A stretch of 63,986 nt of DNA, filler included, from Klebsormidium nitens (taxonomy: Eukaryota > Plantae > Klebsormidiophyceae): assembly GCA_000708835.1 (NCBI GenBank). It is 8 parts of 8 records of this genome, joined end to end, with 100 filler letters (N's around TTAATTAATTAA, not from the genome) between each part and the next. Parts side by side here need not be neighbours in the genome. Positions count along the whole stretch, not along the records: positions 58,628 to 61,917 come from DF238589.1; positions 62,018 to 63,986 come from DF238173.1; 6 more parts are not named here. The stretch is one strand, 5' to 3'. Every line of letters starts with the position of its first letter. The stretch's first letter is position 1. Positions 58,628-63,986 of this stretch are shown piece by piece. The notes beneath the pieces were generated by a model. That model saw only the letters and a program-made list of their open reading frames with translations, had not been told where the DNA came from and made no database searches. Both the position numbers and the translations under genes were made by a program.

Positions 58628-61615
58628 GGACTTTTTGGTAGGCTGATGATGTAGAACGGGTTTACTTTCCACCCCGCTTGTCGCAGCCATGCCAGTTCCG
58701 CGTCATTCAGGAGAGTCCCCTCGAAAATTACCACCTCGTTCCCCTTTTCCGGCGTCGTCTTGTCCACGAGACTTTTGTTGCTTCCTTGGCGACTGTCGCA
58801 CGGGCCGTCAATGCACATCTTCGCGTAAGACATGTATTTCATGCCCGTGTTCTCGTACTCTCCCTGCCTGTTTTGTAGGCCGAAGTGGCGAAACGCTTGC
58901 CTGTGCAAAAAAAAGCTTATACGTTCAGGCATCGCATCCTCCATGTGATGCTTTCGAAAGTCATGTAGCCGAGGATTCGACAAAGATAAAAGGAAGTACA
59001 CCAAATTGCAAATAATGATCAAAGCGAGATACATGTTTTTGCCTCCAAATTTGTTGCCGCGATATGATCAACCGGTCGAGTACCTTGTTCGCATCTGGAC
59101 TTTCAAATACTAAGCACTATAGCTTCGAGGCCACGCACTCACCGCATCAACACCAACACCCCCGAAGCTCCGTGATACCTCTTGGCTTCAAAGCTCGTCG
59201 TTTCGCATCTTCCGCCGCCAATTCTTACCCCGACGCACCCTGAGCCATCTCCTTTCTTCAGTCGACAAACCCCCCATTCTCCTTCCTCGTATTTCTCGTC
59301 CCCTGGCAGTGCCACGCTCTCTGACCCCGTCTTCGTACCCCCTCCTTTCGCACCCCCCCTTTCCGAGCCCTCAGCTCCGAATTCATCCGACCAGGACGCC
59401 TTTCTCGCCATATTTTTTTCTCGCAGCCGCTTTACTGCTCTTCTCCGGATTAGCTCTTCTTCGGCGTCATCATCCACCTCTATCGCATCCGTACTTCTTT
59501 CTCCACCCTCTCCCATCACCTCGTCCTCGTCCTCTCTTTCATACTGTCTAGGCCCAGCTGCCTCCGCTTCTCGCGGCTCATCTTCCCTTCTAGGAGCACT
59601 AGGGCCAGCTGCTTCTGCAGCCTGACCCCCAGTCTGCTGCGTATTTGCATTACTTGGGCCCGGTGTCTCGGCTGGTTGCGGTCTTGCTCCCCCCGCCCCC
59701 CTAGCTGCTCCAGCGGCAGCCATCCTCTGCAATTCAATTACACGCTCTCTCTCTTCCAGCGGTAGATCTTCCAGCTTCTTTTTCCCCTCCGAAATTTCAA
59801 TTGCTAGCTCCTCGTAATATCTGCTGCCCTTGACCCCTCCGTCCTCTCCACCCTCCTCTGCTCCGGATTGCTTCCCTTTTCCCTTCTCCCTCGTTCTGTC
59901 ATCCACTTCCTTTAAGACCCGATCATGTCTGTGCGTGCTTTCCACCCCCGCGGAACCTGGACTTGATGCCGCCCACGCCGTTTTTGACACCACGTTCCTC
60001 ACCCCACCCCCAACCGTCCCGGTCGCTAGACCGGCCCCTCTTGCCGCATCTCCTAAGGCTGCTCCTGACATTCGCCGAGCGTTATCCCGTTGCGTTTCCA
60101 CGCTTTTTCTCCTCTCTTCCCCCCTCGCTCGCAAATCTTCTAACGTCGGGCCCTGCTCCGTGTAGCCCGTCTCCTCGAATTCCACTGTTCGCGCGATTTG
60201 CAACACGCCACCCGTTCCCTCGTTCAGAATCACCTCCCCCCTTGGTAGATACGGCCCTTTCCCTCCCACCAAGAACCAGAAGATGGCGTTTACGATCTCG
60301 GCCAAATTAGCGGACGGATTCACTGCCACCCACTCCTCCTCCAGAAATTTCACGTTCTCAGGCATCGACCACGCCTTCAGCTCCTTGGACCTGAAAGTTG
60401 GGTTTGGAAAAGAATACCAAAGTCAGCGCCCATCACGACAAACATACCACCAGCATCGTACTCAACATGGAACACCCGTTGCATCCTGCAGCTCGGAGTA
60501 ATAATATCCGGTGTTGGACAGACTCTTTTGAAAACCTCATCGTACCTAAATGTACTAAAACGAACTTTATACTTGGGTATCTTGGCTTATTCATAACATT
60601 CGGATTCTCCAAGTCAGATCATACAACATATTATCTACCTTTCAAGAGCAAAGAAACATCTCCGTTAACAAACATTCCTTACAGACGGAAGAGCCTGATG
60701 AGTGCTGGACCAACATACACAGATCGTTGAGTAGTATACTCAGGGAATAAGCCGCTGTCTAAATCGTACTTACTTGAACCTCCAGAATGCCGCCCAGTTG
60801 CACATTTTCCTTTTCGCCGTTTTGTTGCTCTGTAACTTTGCTTCGTGCCAGTCCAGCAGAGCGTGGAACCTCGACTTCCACTGCTCGTCCATCTCGGACA
60901 CCAACCACATCCTCACCAAGGACCTGTGGTGACCTCGCAAGTCCTCCGGCAGGTTTTGCTCCGCATTCCTCAGGTCATTTTTAAAGTGCATCTTGCATTG
61001 GACGAGCGCCCCCCGACCTTCCCCGCTAGAGACAACCGCTCTGTACGCTGCCGCAGGCCCCTCCGCAGCGTCAGAGCACAACCTCCAGAAATCCAGCGCG
61101 AATGGCGCGATTGCCTTCCAGAAACCCTCCCCATCTTCCCCTCCCGCAGGCGAGCCGGTAAGGCAGATCTTTTTCAGCTCCTTCATGAACGCAACCATGT
61201 TCTTCTTGCTCTCCGACTCTATCAGCGCCGACGCGATCGTTAGCATCCTCCTCTGGACGTGGGAGTACGTGCTTAACCGCGTCAACACCTCGTCTTCCGC
61301 GGTGACCTTTTGGGCGTCCAGATAAGCTGTTCTAAAGTACAAGTCGCTCCCCGGAACGCTCATCTCTCTAGCGACGTGCAGGCCTGACCCCCGGCCTTGT
61401 ACTGTCATCATGAACACCATTGGGACCTCCGACGTCGGCTGCAACCGCTGTTCCGCGAGGAAAAGCTTGTGTACGAAGGGAAACCCCAACTTCTTTGCAA
61501 TATCTAGACCCGCGTACTTGCTCCTCGTGTTTGCCCCGGCTAGCACCCTGCCCTTCGCCATAGTCCTCCTTATTTTGTCCATCCGAGCGAGCGGCTGCAC
61601 GCTTTTTACTAGACT
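58628..61615 (-). mobile_element. Mutator-like (MULE) DDE transposase gene with introns, partial
   Basis: Exon 61615-60774: YLDA (D), IASALIESESKKNMVAFMKEL, FALDF (D), GPAAAYRAV, LVQCKMHF (CxxH). Intron 60773-60391 is GT-AG. The next exon continues in frame to SANLAEIVNA (E) and an acidic low-complexity tail. A further coding-like exon lies at about 58630-58975. Confidence 0.72.
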
Positions 61616-61648
61616 GTATAAAAAAACAAACATGCCTGGTTAATGTAC

Positions 61649-61698
61649 GAGTTGTGCTTTTGGTGGATCAAAAGAGTTGTGCTTTTGGTGGATCAAAA
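61649..61698. repeat. Perfect 25-bp tandem duplication
   Basis: GAGTTGTGCTTTTGGTGGATCAAAA x2. Confidence 0.9.
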
Positions 61699-61917
61699 CA
61701 AACGTCCAACAATCGGACCCGTACATAAATAAATTTTACGATGATACCCAAGTCTACAATAAAAGCATGCAATCATTTTGGGTATCTCAGTATCTTCATT
61801 CAAACATCACAAACAAGGTGTAGTCAATGACACCGGTTTTTCAGATTTCTTGTGACGGGTCAAAGTCCAAGAGACAGTTTTCAACAAATGGTTGTTGTGC
61901 AGCCAAAACGGGAACGA

Positions 61918-62017
61918 NNNNNNNNNNNNNNNNNNNNNNNNNNNNNNNNNNNNNNNNNNNNTTAATTAATTAANNNNNNNNNNNNNNNNNNNNNNNNNNN
62001 NNNNNNNNNNNNNNNNN
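61918..62017. other. Artificial contig spacer
   Basis: N44-TTAATTAATTAA-N44. Confidence 0.98.
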
Positions 62018-62074
62018 GGAAGAAGCTCAGATCGGTGCGGACGGATTGGAGGAAGGAGTACGTACCACTATAAG

Positions 62075-62406
62075 TGTCACGGGTCTCTCCTGTTCCACTA
62101 GATTTACTAGCCTACTAGGCTCACTAGCCTACATCTTGTCCCGATCAACCTGCCAGTTTTCGTGAAATAATTAGAATAACTTAGTCAGTCTGTTGTTGAG
62201 TGAAATTAGTCAAATTTAGATTACACTGAAACTGGCAGGTTGATCGGGAGAAGCTGTAAGTCAAACGCTGCTAGCCTCACTAGCCTAGCTTACAACCACA
62301 CTCAAACTTAGCCTTCGATATACTCGTTTACCGCTTACACCGACGGCCGCTCTTTACCGTCTAACCTCAAAACCGCCTAATAGTTTAACTGTCCAACCGC
62401 CGTACA
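62075..62406 (+). repeat. Solo-LTR-like repeat (TGTCACGG...CCGTACA) interrupted by a MITE
   Basis: TG...CA ends; homologous to 50158-50358 once 62132-62258 is removed; no TSD found. Confidence 0.55.
62132..62256. mobile_element. 125-bp MITE, Tc1/mariner type
   Basis: Perfect 21-bp inverted repeat core TCCCGATCAACCTGCCAGTTT (62139-62159 / 62229-62249), extending imperfectly to CA...TG ends; TA on both sides; AT-rich interior; absent from the homologous repeat at 50158-50358. Confidence 0.78.
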
Positions 62407-63986
62407 CGAACGCCCGCGCTCGCTAGTGCACCCTACTTGGGTCGAACCCTAAACACACGGTAATCCGGCTGAATTTAATCACCGAATTCGAAAACCGGTA
62501 ATGACGTCCTCAGCGCCAAAACCAGAAACAGATTCGGCACCGCGCGCCCGTTCACAATCCGAAATGACCAGTGGAAACCCGCAGTCGGATCACTGTGGTA
62601 AGCCTCTGGCAGCTTCCTCAAGAGCACGGTTCTCCAAGTCGTAAATGTTGCCTGCAGCCGGCTCTAGAGGCGGACGTAAGGCAACTAGTGCGTGGTCGAC
62701 TTCTTGCAATGCGTGCGCTGTGTCCATTGGGGCAATTGGCCCATAAATGACATCCTGTTGCCGTGGATCGTCTAATGATAGCTCCTGAAAGCCCTAGGGC
62801 AAATCACGTTGTTGTGGTGGTTCTCTGAGCTGCGCTCTGGTGTTTCTATTGTGAAAGAGAAGAGGGGAAAGCTGAGCCGATTTGCTGTTGCGCGTGCAGA
62901 TTCTGGGGATGCTCAACGTCTTTTTAAGCAATTTCCTTTTGCTTTACTTTAGCCAGCGCGGTAACTTCCGGCACGGCTGTTGAAGCGGAATTTGGCTTTG
63001 CGCATTGGCCGACTCGGGAGGCTCGGATATTGAGTCGGATTGAAAGCCCTAGTAAAATCCTCAGGAAGAAGGTCTTGCGGCATGTAAGCAAGACGGCCGC
63101 GATGTCGTTCGTTCTTAGGGGCTTGTCGTGTCAAGACAATGTGCAGCTTAGACGGGCCCTGGGGTGAGGCGGCCGCCCTACTTACTGGATGCTGCTTGCT
63201 CATTCTAGTTGCTGCGCGCAAAGATATGATGCAAGGGCAATCACTTGTGAGGCGCCGTAGCAGGCGTCCCAGAATATTTGAAGCTCCTTAAGCGTGGCTT
63301 CGGCCAAGTTCCCGGACTCTAGATTTTATGGTGTCGGGGCCTGCGTGGCTCTGACGGCGCCCCATACTGGAGGGCCTTCAATGCATTCAGCTGTATCATG
63401 CGTACTGAAGTTGTGATGCGTGCACCATTTCTTTGGCGCACCCCCAGATGCCTGCTCCTTAGCGCACTTTTGCGCAGACTGCGCGGATTAGTGCCCATTT
63501 CTTCTATATCTGCTTTCACCCATTGTCGAGCCGTCGCGCTCCGTCGCATCGGCCACATTGGCCCAGACGAGTGGAGCAATGTGGCCCTTCTACGATGGCA
63601 ATCTGCCTCAATATGGCATGCTTTACAGCTACAGTCGTGGCAGGAGGTGCGGTTGTCAACGGCCTAGCAGCGCCAATCGAATCAGCGGTAGAACCGCAGC
63701 CGGAGTGACCAGAGCGGTGCTCGGCTCGGTAGCGAAAGTCCAAAGCGCTTCTGTGCAGCGCTTCCTTTTATGGAAAATTGCCACGTTGTTGACCTAATCG
63801 ACTTTTGGATCGTCTTCGCCTGTGTTTTTGGCTCACCCGCATCGAGGAGCCTCTAGGCGGCCATCCCCTTTAATGACTATAAAGGAGCCATCGAGCATCT
63901 GTATTCTTTGAGTGGGGCTCGACATGCTCGCGTTCGGTTGCATTCGGAAGTCTTTGTAGTCGTTGATCGCGGCGCATTCTATCCAC

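Noticed and set aside
12583-62017. Seven identical TTAATTAATTAA palindromes in N runs, as a possible repeat system
   Set aside because: Each is exactly N44+12+N44 with stops in six frames, so they are concatenation spacers. Gene neighbourhoods across them have no biological meaning.
1-63986. CRISPR arrays, rRNA or tRNA genes, prokaryotic operons
   Set aside because: No repeat-spacer array or recognisable structural RNA gene was seen, and the genes are spliceosomal-intron eukaryotic genes.

Overview
Eukaryotic, intron-rich, GC-rich DNA, most likely from a green alga. The degenerate (CCCTAAAA)n telomere-type repeats, GT..GCAG introns and plant-like PRMT5 and pectin acetylesterase fit a Klebsormidium-like charophyte, but this is inference. 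The window is not contiguous: eight contigs are joined by seven artificial 100-bp N44-TTAATTAATTAA-N44 spacers, and there are two true gaps inside contig 4. Host genes are a pectin acetylesterase, a 15-exon casein kinase 1-family protein lacking its catalytic motifs (pseudokinase), BTF3/NAC-beta and PRMT5 head-to-head next to telomere-like repeats, and a decayed Ig-like-repeat/membrane-protein gene. Mobile DNA includes a LINE endonuclease fragment with a 2A-like peptide, Ty1/copia remnants, a Mutator-like transposase gene, a TA-flanked MITE and solo-LTR-like repeats. The main object is a 12.2-kb Ty3/gypsy element (36842-49083, minus strand, 4-bp TSD). It encodes an extra upstream ORF, Gag-protease, a C5 DNA methyltransferase, RT-RNase H and an integrase with a C-terminal PHD finger. 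It has a candidate self-priming PBS and circularly permuted LTRs (A...B-gc-A-B), the arrangement expected if a 2-LTR circle was opened at an internal CA|GC|TG palindrome and integrated.
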